Source: Minisyncoccia bacterium
Lineage (GTDB): Bacteria > Patescibacteriota > Minisyncoccia > SW-4-49-11
DNA length: 64,000 bases
Assembly: GCA_044341565.1 (NCBI GenBank)
Contig: JBIIRM010000005.1
Location: 882 to 64,881, forward strand
Direction of reading: 5' to 3'
A program made the position numbers and the translations under genes. Below the pieces are notes generated by a model. That model was not told where the DNA came from and did no database searches. It saw only the letters and a program-made list of their open reading frames with translations. Positions 1 to 9,632 of the stretch are shown here, piece by piece (position 1 is the stretch's first letter; each line of letters opens with the position of its first letter).

Positions 1-1759
1 ATGTAACCCATGGCCATGATGGGTTGGTCCGTGTAACCGTATCTGTAATTAAAGTATTTGCTTGTGTACTTGTATTAGCCCCAACTGATGTGAATTGCGC
101 TCCTCCAATATTTAGAGATGATATCCCCGCTGGCATTTCTATTTGATGCCCCATAGCCATAGTTGTATATCCTGTTGTAGCATTCTGTGAAGAATACGTC
201 TGAATAAATCGATTATTCACTGGGTCCATTACATTTTGCGTTCCAGTATACTGATGACTAGCTGCACTATTGTTTGTTGCACTACTATTTGAATCATATA
301 ATTTGGAGATACCATCTGCACTTAAAATTTGAACCCTACCAGAAGGCCAAATTGACCATCCTGAAACTGGAATAGCACTAGCTGTTCTCCCTGAAAAATA
401 CAACTTATTATTATAATTAGTAAAATCAATAGTACCAGAATTATTAATCCCCCCACCAGCTAAAGTTCTTCCCCATAACAAATTTAGCCCTGAATCAATT
501 GACCATAATCTTCCATCTCCATCGCCAACTACAAATAATTGTCCAGAGCTATCTATAGTTGCTTTTTTAAAAGTAATATTAGAAGATGCACTATATACAT
601 TAATACTATTGACTGTTGAAATATCTAAGGGGAATTGGGCAACGAATCCTTGATTGCTCGTATATATTCCAACTGCTAAAATTGATGTCCCCGTAAATAC
701 AATATCCTGAATTTGTGTACTTACAGCCTCAGTAAATCCTCGGAAAGCATCAATATTTCCTGTTGAAGAAGCTATTTTAGCAATATATCCATCTCTATCT
801 GATGTAGAGCCATATACATAGAGACTGTCATTAGAAGCATTATATTTCATACCTATTACTCTTCGCCCCCCCCCTGAAGATATATTTCTTAAGAAATTTC
901 TTTGCCATTTAATATTCCCCTGATTATCCAATGCCCAAATCGGGATACTATTACCACCAGTAGCAAAATAAAAGGAAATAAATAGATCATTATTAGCCCC
1001 CACGGCTAACACCGGAGTTACACTTGAAAGACCCAATGAGTCTCCTATACTAGGAGATAAAAATCTACTCCATAAAACAACTCCTGTTGCGTCTCTTCTC
1101 ACAATAGCTAATTGTGCTGCAGTCGAAGGAGATTGATAAAAATGAAACACCTGATATGACCCCCCATCCGAAGTTAAAATAATATTTCCTTGAGCATCAT
1201 AGGAGGCAGATCCTATAGTAGCCGCTGTTGTTAGTCTAGACACCCAAATTTGTGGTATTGGAGGTGTTGGAGGTACTACAGATAAAGGGTTTACTACTAA
1301 TGTCTGAGATAATTCTCCATTTAATGCATTAACACTAATTCTATTATTTGTACTATTCCTTGCCACATAATATCCTGTATTTGATCCTGTTGATTGTGGA
1401 TCTCTTGGCATTCCTGCTATATAGGTTGGAATTAATGGTCTTAAATCTAATTTTCCTGTGCAATCTACACTAGGAGGATCTGTTAATAGATCTGTACTAC
1501 TTTTTCGTCCTGTTGCACATACTTCTTGATAACTATCTGTTATTCCTACAGGATATGACCCTGTGTCTATTAATATTTGTTCTAATCCTTTATTTATAGT
1601 ATTTATATCTATTTTCCTTTGTGCATTCCTTGCTTGTGCTAATTGTCTATTTGGGTTTATAGCTATCAATACTATTGCTGCCAATATCCCTATTACAGCT
1701 ATTACTAACAATATTTCTAACAATGTAAATCCTTTACTTACTCTTATTGTCCTTCTCAT
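1..1759 (-). CDS. Type IV pilin-like (prepilin N-terminal domain) large surface protein; C-terminus runs off the window start (partial).
   Basis: Minus-strand ATG at 1759..1757. Translation reads MRRTIRVSKGFTLLEILLVIAVIGILAAIVLIAINPNRQLAQARNAQRK..., a class III signal with the G-F-T-L-L-E prepilin motif. It is a paralog of the 16479..17588 pilin (shared YPVGIT and YIAGMPRDP motifs). The frame stays open to position 1. The plus-strand ORF 1563..1811 in the track is its antisense artifact. Confidence 0.6.
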   Translation of the reverse strand, partial: MRRTIRVSKGFTLLEILLVIAVIGILAAIVLIAINPNRQLAQARNAQRKIDINTINKGLEQILIDTGSYPVGITDSYQEVCATGRKSSTDLLTDPPSVDCTGKLDLRPLIPTYIAGMPRDPQSTGSNTGYYVARNSTNNRISVNALNGELSQTLVVNPLSVVPPTPPIPQIWVSRLTTAATIGSASYDAQGNIILTSDGGSYQVFHFYQSPSTAAQLAIVRRDATGVVLWSRFLSPSIGDSLGLSSVTPVLAVGANNDLFISFYFATGGNSIPIWALDNQGNIKWQRNFLRNISSGGGRRVIGMKYNASNDSLYVYGSTSDRDGYIAKIASSTGNIDAFRGFTEAVSTQIQDIVFTGTSILAVGIYTSNQGFVAQFPLDISTVNSINVYSASSNITFKKATIDSSGQLFVVGDGDGRLWSIDSGLNLLWGRTLAGGGINNSGTIDFTNYNNKLYFSGRTASAIPVSGWSIWPSGRVQILSADGISKLYDSNSSATNNSAASHQYTGTQNVMDPVNNRFIQTYSSQNATTGYTTMAMGHQIEMPAGISSLNIGGAQFTSVGANTSTQANTLITDTVTRTNPSWPWVT

Positions 1760-1805
1760 TTTTTTATTTTATTATGTTGTTTTTATTATACCATATTCGA
1801 AGATA

Positions 1806-2531
1806 TTATAGATAATCTAAAATTTTATCATACTGTAAGAAGTCTAGTCCACTGAATAAATATCTTGCCATTATTTCTAAACTATTGGTGACAAATAATA
1901 CCCCAATTAATACCAAGAATATTCCACTAATAATTCTAATTATAGGAGTTATATGCTCTATTTTTTGTAATACTTCCCGCCCTTGGGCCAATAATAAAGC
2001 TGTCAGTAAAAATGGTACAGCAAGTCCAATGGAGAATATAAACATCAGAAAAGCACCCTGTAATACTGTCCCATCATTGATAAGAAAAGTAAGTATAGTG
2101 CCTAGTATTGGTCCTATACAAGGGGTCCAGCCAATTCCTAAAAGTACCCCTAATAATACAGAGCTCTGTGCTGTTCCGGCTCTCAATGATTTGATACGAG
2201 GAGTCCAGGTTTTTTGGAATAATGCAAATCGGAATAATCCTATCATTTCTAATCCCCAAATAATAATTATTATTCCAGCGATACGAGAAATAAGTAGTCG
2301 GGTTTCTGCATTTAATAACCCAGCTAAGCTCGTTGCAAAAATTCCTAATGTCACAAATACACCCATAAACCCTAATACAAATAGGGCTCCATTGCGTATA
2401 GTTTGGAATCTATTTAATTTTCCATCCCCGGTTATAAAGCCAATATAGGCCGGTATAAGAGGAAATGTACAAGGAGCAAGAAATGTGAACATACCTGCCA
2501 CAAAACTTGCCCCGATTAATGAACTGGTCAT
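1806..2531 (-). CDS. ccdA: Cytochrome c-type biogenesis / thiol:disulfide transfer membrane protein, CcdA/DsbD family
   Basis: Multi-TM protein with the two conserved Cys motifs (FLAPCTFPLIP and WTPCIGPILG) typical of CcdA/DsbD transmembrane domains. Confidence 0.8.
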   Translation of the reverse strand: MTSSLIGASFVAGMFTFLAPCTFPLIPAYIGFITGDGKLNRFQTIRNGALFVLGFMGVFVTLGIFATSLAGLLNAETRLLISRIAGIIIIIWGLEMIGLFRFALFQKTWTPRIKSLRAGTAQSSVLLGVLLGIGWTPCIGPILGTILTFLINDGTVLQGAFLMFIFSIGLAVPFLLTALLLAQGREVLQKIEHITPIIRIISGIFLVLIGVLFVTNSLEIMARYLFSGLDFLQYDKILDYL

Positions 2532-2537
2532 AGTAAT

Positions 2538-3716
2538 TTATTTGTTTCGATATTCTATTATCAATGCTCCGAGTGAAGTATATACTACTACCAATCCTAT
2601 GATGAACCCTACAATTGGAACCCATGCCAAGAAGGATAATAATACATATATTCCTAATGCAATGAAATATATTTGCCAATCATTTTTTCCAAATTGATAT
2701 GTTCTATGTAACCATTGAGCAGTTACAATACTTGCTATTGCTTGAGAAAATATAATTAATGAAATATAGGCAAATAATGTAAATAGAGCTAATGGAATAC
2801 CAATAATAGTAATTATAAGTAATAGAATCACCATGATTGGTATAAAGAATAATAATGCCCCATATCCAAAAGCTCTGAATCCCTCTTCCCAATTAGAAAC
2901 CCTTTTTACTGATTTTTGAATGAATTTTTTATTGAAATTGAATATGAGAGCAATTACAAGAGCTGCTGAGAGCACCTCCCATACGAGGAATCCCGAGAAG
3001 GCTTTGGCTGCCATACCCTTTTTATCCCCTTTATCTTTTAAGAGCTCAGCATCAAATGTTGCTTTTGCTCCTTCTGCAAGATTTGGTTTGAGATCTAATT
3101 CTTTGGTAAATCCATAGGTTACATTACCTCCAAATCGAGATGATTCACTAATATCTACGGTTTGACTTGCAACAAAAGTTGTTTTACCTCCCAAATTTCC
3201 ATCTAGAGCAAAATCTGCTGTTCTGATATTACTATCTCCTTGTACTTCTCCTGTAATGGTAGTATTCTCAGAAGCTACTTTAATATTCCCCTTTACTGTT
3301 CCATCTAATTTGAGCTGAGATACAAAAGCAATAATATCTCCAGAAATAGTTACATCTTTATCTATAATTAAGGTTTGGGCAAATACAATTACATCTCCTT
3401 TCACATTACCTTTGATAGTAACATTAGAGGCTGCAATTCTGACATCATCCCCAATATCTGTATTAACAGCAACAGAATCTCCTGCCACTATTAAATCTTG
3501 CGAGATAGTAGCGTCAATATCTACTTTCCCTGCTGCAATTACAGCATCGCCCTCTATTGGGCTATCTATTTGTACTGTCTGACCAGCTAAATAAGCATCT
3601 CCCTGAACTTTTTCTTTTGGATTAACAATATCACCAGAATCTAATAATAAAGCAGAAGCTGACTGAGTTCCAAATAGTACTATTATAGCTACCAGTGCAA
3701 TAAGATATTTTTTCAT
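2538..3716 (-). CDS. Secreted/membrane protein with beta-helix-like repeats (bactofilin/DUF4097-like) and a C-terminal 4-TM domain
   Basis: Track ORF is 2538..3791. The likely start is the internal Met at 3716 (MKKYLIALVAIIVLFGTQSASA, a signal peptide). The body has many short V/I-x-G-D repeat units; the C-terminal third is hydrophobic. It lies 7 nt upstream of ccdA on the same strand. Confidence 0.55.
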   Translation of the reverse strand: MKKYLIALVAIIVLFGTQSASALLLDSGDIVNPKEKVQGDAYLAGQTVQIDSPIEGDAVIAAGKVDIDATISQDLIVAGDSVAVNTDIGDDVRIAASNVTIKGNVKGDVIVFAQTLIIDKDVTISGDIIAFVSQLKLDGTVKGNIKVASENTTITGEVQGDSNIRTADFALDGNLGGKTTFVASQTVDISESSRFGGNVTYGFTKELDLKPNLAEGAKATFDAELLKDKGDKKGMAAKAFSGFLVWEVLSAALVIALIFNFNKKFIQKSVKRVSNWEEGFRAFGYGALLFFIPIMVILLLIITIIGIPLALFTLFAYISLIIFSQAIASIVTAQWLHRTYQFGKNDWQIYFIALGIYVLLSFLAWVPIVGFIIGLVVVYTSLGALIIEYRNK

Positions 3717-3809
3717 AGCAGTATTCTTATTAATATATGTATAGTATACACCTTCTAGTAATAATTCCAAAATGGGAGTATAGTATAGCAAGAATTAAGA
3801 TAAAAATAT

Positions 3810-4814
3810 ATGAAATTACTTGCCTTCGAAATCGACGAATCAGAAAAAGTATATTTAGAAAATCATTTACCCGACTCTCTACCCCGAGAATATTATTCAG
3901 ATATATTGAAGCTGGAAGATTTAGAGGAAAAACAAGATACCACACATCTTGCAGTATTCGTATACTCTCAAGTAACTGCCCAAATTCTAGAAAAGCTCCC
4001 AAACTTGAAGGCAATATTCACTATGTCTACAGGATATGATCATATTGATATTGCAGCTGCCCAGGCTCGCGGAATTAGCGTACATTCTGTACCATTTTAT
4101 GGCGAGAATACCGTAGCCGAGCATACTTTTGCTCTAATATTAGCTTTGTCTCGACAAGTTGTACCATCTGTTGCTCGTACTCGTACTTTTGATTTTAATC
4201 CTGCTGGACTAGAAGGATTTGACCTCAAGGGGAAAACTCTCGGGATTATTGGTATGGGACATATTGGGTCTTTTGTCGCTCGTATTGCCAAAGGGTTTAA
4301 TATGAATATTCTTGCCTATGACCCCTTCCCTAAACCGGAACGAGCAACAGAAATTGGATTTACTTATACCAGTCTCGAGGAATTACTCCCTCAATCAGAT
4401 ATTATCACCCTACACACAGCCTATAGACCTGAGACACATCATATTATTAATCAGGAATCTATACAATTATTCAAGAGAGGTTCTTATCTCATTAATACTG
4501 CGCGTGGAGGACTTGTTGAAACATCTGCTATTATTAAAGGACTTGAAGATGGCATTCTGGCTGGAGCGGGTCTTGATGTACTCGAAGAAGAATGTTTTAT
4601 TAAAGAGGAAAAAGAATTATTATCACAGTCTTTCCTCAAAACCTGTGATCTTGCAACAGTGGTACAAGATCATCTCCTTATTCAAGATTCCCGTGTTATT
4701 GTAACCCCTCATAATGCCTTTAATTCTCGTGAGGCACTTGAGAGAATTCTCGAGACAACGGTTACGAATATTAAATCTCAATTAGAGAATAATCTTGTGA
4801 ATCAGATACAATAA
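3810..4814 (+). CDS. D-isomer-specific 2-hydroxyacid dehydrogenase (D-lactate / phosphoglycerate dehydrogenase family), NAD-binding
   Basis: GxGxxG Rossmann motif GIIGMGHIGSFVARIA. Catalytic-domain architecture is typical of the D-2-hydroxyacid dehydrogenase family, with conserved R/E/H positions present. Confidence 0.8.
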   Translation: MKLLAFEIDESEKVYLENHLPDSLPREYYSDILKLEDLEEKQDTTHLAVFVYSQVTAQILEKLPNLKAIFTMSTGYDHIDIAAAQARGISVHSVPFYGENTVAEHTFALILALSRQVVPSVARTRTFDFNPAGLEGFDLKGKTLGIIGMGHIGSFVARIAKGFNMNILAYDPFPKPERATEIGFTYTSLEELLPQSDIITLHTAYRPETHHIINQESIQLFKRGSYLINTARGGLVETSAIIKGLEDGILAGAGLDVLEEECFIKEEKELLSQSFLKTCDLATVVQDHLLIQDSRVIVTPHNAFNSREALERILETTVTNIKSQLENNLVNQIQ

Positions 4815-4841
4815 AAGAGGGGGAAATACCCCTCTTTTATT
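4813..4841. terminator. Bidirectional rho-independent terminator between convergent genes
   Basis: aaaagagggg-gaaata-cccctctttt: a 10-bp stem with A-run and T-run flanks, sitting between the 3' ends of 3810..4814(+) and 4852..5283(-). Confidence 0.7.
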
Positions 4842-4851
4842 GTATGAACTC

Positions 4852-5283
4852 CTATCCTCGATTAAGACTAATTACCTTTTTAGATGAGCTAGATTTTTGC
4901 TCTATACGAATGGTAATAATTCCATCCTTATAATCAGCTTTTACTGAATCTTCATCTATATCTCCCGGTAATTGTACTGATCGACTAAATGATTCCTTGG
5001 AAATTGACTTGAAGTAATAATGTCTGTTCTTATCTTCTTTTTCTTCCTCAGATGATACTTTTCCTTCTACAGTAAGCACTCTATTATCTAAAGTGATTTC
5101 TATATCATCTTCCTTGAATCCTGGGGCTTGTAGTTTTACTACTAACTCTGATCCTTCTTGATACATTTCTATATCATTAAAAGTTTTTGTAAAACTTGGA
5201 AAAGAAGTATCAAACATCTCGTCAAATAGCCTACTTGGACTAAGTTCAAATGTATTTAATGTAGGTAAATTACGAATTCTCAT
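4852..5283 (-). CDS. Small heat-shock protein, Hsp20/alpha-crystallin family
   Basis: Alpha-crystallin domain with the ...DDIEITLDNRVLTVEGK... and ...ADYKDGIITIRI... signature blocks. Confidence 0.85.
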   Translation of the reverse strand: MRIRNLPTLNTFELSPSRLFDEMFDTSFPSFTKTFNDIEMYQEGSELVVKLQAPGFKEDDIEITLDNRVLTVEGKVSSEEEKEDKNRHYYFKSISKESFSRSVQLPGDIDEDSVKADYKDGIITIRIEQKSSSSKKVISLNRG

Positions 5284-5390
5284 ATATGTGATAGTTAATA
5301 CTACTACTATATGGTGTACACCATCTGGAGGTTTTCCTCCTTAATTATATTATAACTCTAAATTTAGCAGTGTCAAGAGTAGACTGCTAA

Positions 5391-5942
5391 TCACTTCACC
5401 ACAATTTCACTTAATATTTTTGCCCATTTAGAATCGAGAAAATGTCCACTATTTGGGATTGTTATTAATTCCCCTCCTAAATCTTTTGCAATATTCTGAG
5501 CCTGTATAAAAGGGATATTAGCATCATCCTCTGAACCCACTACTATTATCTTATCCTGTATATGTTGTTTAACTCGCTCAATATCAATGCTATGCTCAAA
5601 AAAATTAGCATAATTACCATCACGAAATTTTGCATTAGTGGTATTATTATCAAAAGGTCCTATGAGGACAATATTATCTACATGTAATTCTGTTTGCTCC
5701 AGGAATAATAATACTGCTCTCGTACCAAGACTATGTCCTACAAGAGTTAGCGTGTATTGAGCTTCTCTCACTGTCTGCTCTATAATAGGATACCATTCTG
5801 TAAAAACAGGATATTTACCTCCTGGTAAATCAAGAGTTATGGCTTCATTTCCCACTTCTGCTATCAATTGCCGAAATTCTGGATGCCAAATACTTTCACT
5901 ATTATGATTATATCCTGGTATATCTATGACGGTAATTGCCAT
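5391..5942 (-). CDS. Serine hydrolase, YdeN/RBBP9-like alpha/beta-hydrolase
   Basis: About 180 aa with a GHSLG nucleophile elbow (LVGHSLGTRAV) and a C-terminal GH motif, as in the PF06821-type esterases. Confidence 0.55.
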   Translation of the reverse strand: MAITVIDIPGYNHNSESIWHPEFRQLIAEVGNEAITLDLPGGKYPVFTEWYPIIEQTVREAQYTLTLVGHSLGTRAVLLFLEQTELHVDNIVLIGPFDNNTTNAKFRDGNYANFFEHSIDIERVKQHIQDKIIVVGSEDDANIPFIQAQNIAKDLGGELITIPNSGHFLDSKWAKILSEIVVK

Positions 5943-6142
5943 TATTTTTGGAAATAATTAATAATTAATTGTATGAATCCGATAATAGTAATTACTATCC
6001 CTACTCCAATCAAAATAGGAAAAATAATCTGAGCAATAAATTGAGCCACAAAACAAAATACCGCAAGTCCCAAACCTCCCCAGATTAACCATTCTGGCTT
6101 TGTTTGTCCTTGAGTTTTCTTACCTACAACTTTAATTTCCAT
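5942..6142 (-). CDS. Small membrane protein (hypothetical)
   Basis: 66-aa ORF with two hydrophobic helices; immediately follows the hydrolase gene on the same strand. Confidence 0.4.
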   Translation of the reverse strand: MEIKVVGKKTQGQTKPEWLIWGGLGLAVFCFVAQFIAQIIFPILIGVGIVITIIGFIQLIINYFQK

Positions 6143-6185
6143 ATATGATATTCCTTAACCTATACTCATTATAACATATGCTTAT

Positions 6186-6212
6186 AAAACCAAAAACCCC
6201 CACGAGGGGGGC
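6186..6212 (-). terminator. Rho-independent terminator (minus strand)
   Basis: The plus strand reads aaaaaccccc-acgag-gggggg. On the minus strand the GC stem is followed by a tttttggtttt run, downstream of the minus-strand gene 6285..6722. Confidence 0.6.
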
Positions 6213-6284
6213 TTGGTAAAAATATAAAAGAGCTTGAATAGTATAGCGATTTTATATAATTATGTCAAGAATAGGTTTTTATTC

Positions 6285-6722
6285 CTAATATTCCGGTGTG
6301 GTGGTACTTTCGGTTGACTCAGTAATAATATTACTGTTTTTATAATTTATGTAATATGCTAATATCATTACTATTAATGATATTAGCATAAGAAAATGAT
6401 ACAAATAATATGGATAAGGTGAGGTTGAGTATACAAACATCAAGACGTATGCTGCTAATATTTGTATTCCTAGTGATAATAAAATTAGATAAGTATTAGG
6501 CTTTATTGATACTCTTTCAATATCATTATCAATAATAATATGTACAATTGAAATAGATAGTAATATTATCAATGTCCATGGAAGCATATGAACCCAGATA
6601 GAAGCTGCGAAAGGTCCTACAAGAAGAAAAGGATATAAATATATTATTATATTATATACCAATAAAATAATAATCAATGTTGATCTATTCATTCCCTTAC
6701 TTTTGCTAAATGAATTGCTCAT
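6285..6722 (-). CDS. Hypothetical integral membrane protein
   Basis: 145-aa ORF with four predicted TM helices and no recognizable motif. Confidence 0.45.
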   Translation of the reverse strand: MSNSFSKSKGMNRSTLIIILLVYNIIIYLYPFLLVGPFAASIWVHMLPWTLIILLSISIVHIIIDNDIERVSIKPNTYLILLSLGIQILAAYVLMFVYSTSPYPYYLYHFLMLISLIVMILAYYINYKNSNIITESTESTTTPEY

Positions 6723-6757
6723 ATGATATTTTATTTATTAGGTCTAAACGCACTCTA

Positions 6758-7405
6758 TTACTCTTTGGTAATTTTTGCTGAAATAATTTTTACATCTTCA
6801 ACAGGCCTATCTGATGAAGCAGTTGCTACATTTCCAATATTTTCTACAATATCTAGTCCTCCAATTACTTTCCCTGCATTAGTATGTACTCCATCTAGCC
6901 AAGGAGTTGAATCAGCTGTTACAATAAAGAATTGTGAACCATTAGTATCCGGTCCGGAATTAGCTAGAGCAAAACTTCCCTTTACAAGAGGTTCATCATT
7001 GAATTCATCATCATATTTTTCTCCAGCATCTCCAGTTCCATATAAAGCAGATTTGCTTGGGTCTTTGGTATTAGGGTCTCCTCCTTGTATCATAAAATCT
7101 TTTATCACTCGATGGAATATGGTATCATTATATACTCCATTGTTAGCGTATTTAGTAATATATTCTACTGTTTTAGGGGATAAATCTTTGAATAATTCGA
7201 TAGTTATTACTCCTTTGTTGGTGGTGAATTCAAGTATTGGTCGCTCTTTCATAATATCTTCATTTAATTTGGTAATTTGTTGAGTAGTATCGAGACTTGC
7301 TTTGATGGCATCATTTCCTTTTTGACTAAAATCTTGATTAATATACATTCCTACTCCTGCTACTATTAAAAAGATTCCTATTGCAAAATATCCTAATTTT
7401 CTCAT
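6758..7405 (-). CDS. Peptidyl-prolyl cis-trans isomerase, cyclophilin type, with N-terminal membrane anchor
   Basis: Cyclophilin signature blocks HRVIKDFMIQGGDP and SFALANSGPDTNGSQFFIVT. Confidence 0.85.
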   Translation of the reverse strand: MRKLGYFAIGIFLIVAGVGMYINQDFSQKGNDAIKASLDTTQQITKLNEDIMKERPILEFTTNKGVITIELFKDLSPKTVEYITKYANNGVYNDTIFHRVIKDFMIQGGDPNTKDPSKSALYGTGDAGEKYDDEFNDEPLVKGSFALANSGPDTNGSQFFIVTADSTPWLDGVHTNAGKVIGGLDIVENIGNVATASSDRPVEDVKIISAKITKE

Positions 7406-7474
7406 ATCTGTATCTATTATTCATATTGGTATGAATATAGTATATCATAAAAAGTTTTTATCCAAAAAGAATCT

Positions 7475-8146
7475 CTATTTCTCCAAATGAGAATAATCAT
7501 TATACACCCATACTCTCCAACCAGTATAAGGGTATTCTGGACTATATTGTAAAATTGTGAGTCCGGTATTCTCTATCCAATACTGCTCTTGTAATCGAGT
7601 ATATAATTCGGGATTAATACTATCCCCTAAAATCGCTCTAATAATTAATGTATTGAGGAAAAATTGATGAGTGACAACTCCTATATTTTGTTCTGGTCTT
7701 GATTGCAATAATTCTAAAGCCTTATCTGCTCGAGTAATAAGAGTATCATAACTATCTCCATCTTCTACCTGCTCACCTGAATTAAATAAACTATGTTTCC
7801 AAGCTTTTTCTGTAGCTAATACGAGCTCATCACTACGTAATTTTCCAATAATAGAACTTGGTTTTTGTCTCTCTACCAACAAATCTGAATATTCAATATT
7901 ATAGTCCCTATCCTGACTAATAATTTCCGTTGTCTCCCGAGCTCGAGTTAAAGTACTAGATAATAATACATCTAATTCAAATTTAGCTATACGCTTAGCT
8001 AATCTTTGAGACTGCTCTCGCCCTAATTCCGTAAGATACTGTTCAGCTAAATGTATATCTTCATTAATAGAATCAAGATGTTGTATATTACCTTCACTTT
8101 GGCCATGCCGGAAAAAATAAATAGTTTTTTGTGATTTTGATTGCAT
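7475..8146 (-). CDS. Histidine phosphatase (phosphoglycerate mutase-like) family protein
   Basis: N-terminal RHG motif (IYFFRHGQSEGN) of the histidine phosphatase superfamily. Confidence 0.75.
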   Translation of the reverse strand: MQSKSQKTIYFFRHGQSEGNIQHLDSINEDIHLAEQYLTELGREQSQRLAKRIAKFELDVLLSSTLTRARETTEIISQDRDYNIEYSDLLVERQKPSSIIGKLRSDELVLATEKAWKHSLFNSGEQVEDGDSYDTLITRADKALELLQSRPEQNIGVVTHQFFLNTLIIRAILGDSINPELYTRLQEQYWIENTGLTILQYSPEYPYTGWRVWVYNDYSHLEK

Positions 8147-8159
8147 AATAAAAGGTTAG

Positions 8160-8232
8160 TGGACCGTACTGGGATCGAACCAGCGACCTCTTCCATGCCA
8201 TGGAAGCGCGCTACCAACTGCGCCAACGGCCC
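8160..8232 (-). tRNA. tRNA-Ala (anticodon GGC)
   Basis: The reverse complement folds into a canonical cloverleaf: acceptor GGGCCGT with a G3:U70 pair (the Ala identity element), D-stem GCGC, anticodon stem CTTCC/GGAAG, loop ATGGCAT (anticodon GGC), T-loop TTCGATC, discriminator A. CCA is not encoded. Confidence 0.8.
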
Positions 8233-8330
8233 TTTTGTATATTATATCAGTATATAAAGTCTATTACAATATATTGAATTCTACCCAAATATATACTATA
8301 CTACATATACTTAGTAACTAATCTAATCAT

Positions 8331-8711
8331 ATGACTAGTAAAAATGCTTTTGGAATTATTATCATTGGAGTTGGAATAATATGGCTATTGGGTAGTTTTG
8401 GAGTTCCTACTCCAAAACTTGGAGATTGGCTACCTGTCTTATTTATTGCGGCTGGAGTTTGGAAATTATTAGAATCTCAATTCAAATCTATTACTTTTCC
8501 TATTATTCTCATTGGGATTGGAATAGTATTGGGACTGCTTCGATTAAATGTGATTACTTGGGACAAATTCTGGCTTGCTGTAGGGCCTGCTATTGTGATT
8601 TTAATCGGTATTAATATACTTACAAGTAAAAAACAGGATAAGGGGCACAAAGAGGCAAGAGTGGAGTCTAAAGCTACAGAAGCTAAGGCAAATGCTAAAG
8701 ACAAAGAATAA
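8331..8711 (+). CDS. Hypothetical small membrane protein with Lys-rich C-terminal tail
   Basis: 126 aa with three hydrophobic helices, then a charged KEARVESKATEAKANAKDKE tail. Confidence 0.5.
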   Translation: MTSKNAFGIIIIGVGIIWLLGSFGVPTPKLGDWLPVLFIAAGVWKLLESQFKSITFPIILIGIGIVLGLLRLNVITWDKFWLAVGPAIVILIGINILTSKKQDKGHKEARVESKATEAKANAKDKE

Positions 8712-8716
8712 TTCTG

Positions 8717-8755
8717 TTGACATTTTTTTCATTTCAGTTCATACTAAATATATAC
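8717..8755 (+). promoter_or_regulatory. Candidate sigma70-like promoter upstream of the heliorhodopsin gene
   Basis: TTGACA at 8717..8722, then a 17-nt spacer and CATACT/TACTAAAT -10-like hexamers, about 20 nt before the ATG at 8774. Confidence 0.3.
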
Positions 8756-8773
8756 TAAATAAATACTAAATAT

Positions 8774-9610
8774 ATGATTTCTTTCAAATTACACAATGGT
8801 TTTGATCGCCTCAAGATGTATAATGGATTCATGGGAGCTGTACATTTCTTCCAAGCTGGATTAATGTTATATATTTCTAAAGAATCTTTACTGCCTGTAT
8901 TTACCAATTATCTCAAATTTGATGCTACAAATCGTAGCGCTGTACCTATGCCAGTACAAGAAAAGTTATTTGATGTAAATATTGGACCAGCTGTTGCCCT
9001 ATTCTTATTATTATCAGCTATAGCCCATTTTATTACTATTTTACCAAGTGTATATCCTTGGTATATCAAAAATCTCAAGAAACATATTAATGTAATCCGA
9101 TGGTATGAATATGCTTTATCATCATCAATAATGATTGTAATAATAGGATTATTGGTTGGTATTTATGATTTCGCTACTCTCTTATTACTCTTTGGACTTA
9201 ATGCGAGTATGAATCTTTTTGGTCTTGTGATGGAGCAAATCAATCAAGATAGAAAAGAAGTAAATTGGCTTCCATATATATTTGGATGTATTGCCGGTAT
9301 AATCCCTTGGATTGTTATTTTCCTTCATTTCCAAGGAGCTCTTGCTAATGCCGATGTAGATGTGCCAAGTTTTGTATATTGGATTGTATTTTCATTATTT
9401 GCAGTATTTAATATATTTGCAATCAATATGTTCCTTCAATACAAAAAAGTTGGGCCTTGGAAATCATATGTATTTGGAGAAAAAATCTATGTTTTTCTAT
9501 CCCTATTTGCAAAAACATTATTAGCTTGGCAAGTATGGTCAGGAACTCTTAGGGGTCGTGAGAATGATGTATCAGCTGCTATTAACCATATTATTCACTT
9601 AATTTCATAG
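8774..9610 (+). CDS. Heliorhodopsin (7-TM retinal-binding photoreceptor, inverted topology family)
   Basis: 278-aa 7-TM protein with blocks matching the heliorhodopsin family: IRWYEYALSSSIMIVIIG, FGLNASMNLFGL, FGCIAGIIPWIVIF, VPSFVYWIVFSLFAVFNIFAINMFLQYKK, and the helix-7 Lys in SLFAKTLLAWQVWSGTL (the Schiff-base Lys position). Confidence 0.7.
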   Translation: MISFKLHNGFDRLKMYNGFMGAVHFFQAGLMLYISKESLLPVFTNYLKFDATNRSAVPMPVQEKLFDVNIGPAVALFLLLSAIAHFITILPSVYPWYIKNLKKHINVIRWYEYALSSSIMIVIIGLLVGIYDFATLLLLFGLNASMNLFGLVMEQINQDRKEVNWLPYIFGCIAGIIPWIVIFLHFQGALANADVDVPSFVYWIVFSLFAVFNIFAINMFLQYKKVGPWKSYVFGEKIYVFLSLFAKTLLAWQVWSGTLRGRENDVSAAINHIIHLIS

Positions 9611-9632
9611 CGTCAAAGAGAAATTAAGTACT

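Noticed and set aside
1563-1811. 82-aa plus-strand ORF (and likewise 17147..17563 +)
   Set aside because: Both are antisense to the highly similar N-terminal coding regions of the two minus-strand pilin-like genes. Their Leu/Ile-rich translation is the mirror of the pilin hydrophobic helix, not an independent gene.
1885-2448. 187-aa plus-strand ORF
   Set aside because: Completely embedded antisense to ccdA, which has strong family motifs. It is a low-complexity Asn/Ile-rich translation typical of AT-rich antisense frames.
6723-7283. 186-aa plus-strand ORF
   Set aside because: Antisense to the cyclophilin gene, which has unambiguous signature motifs.
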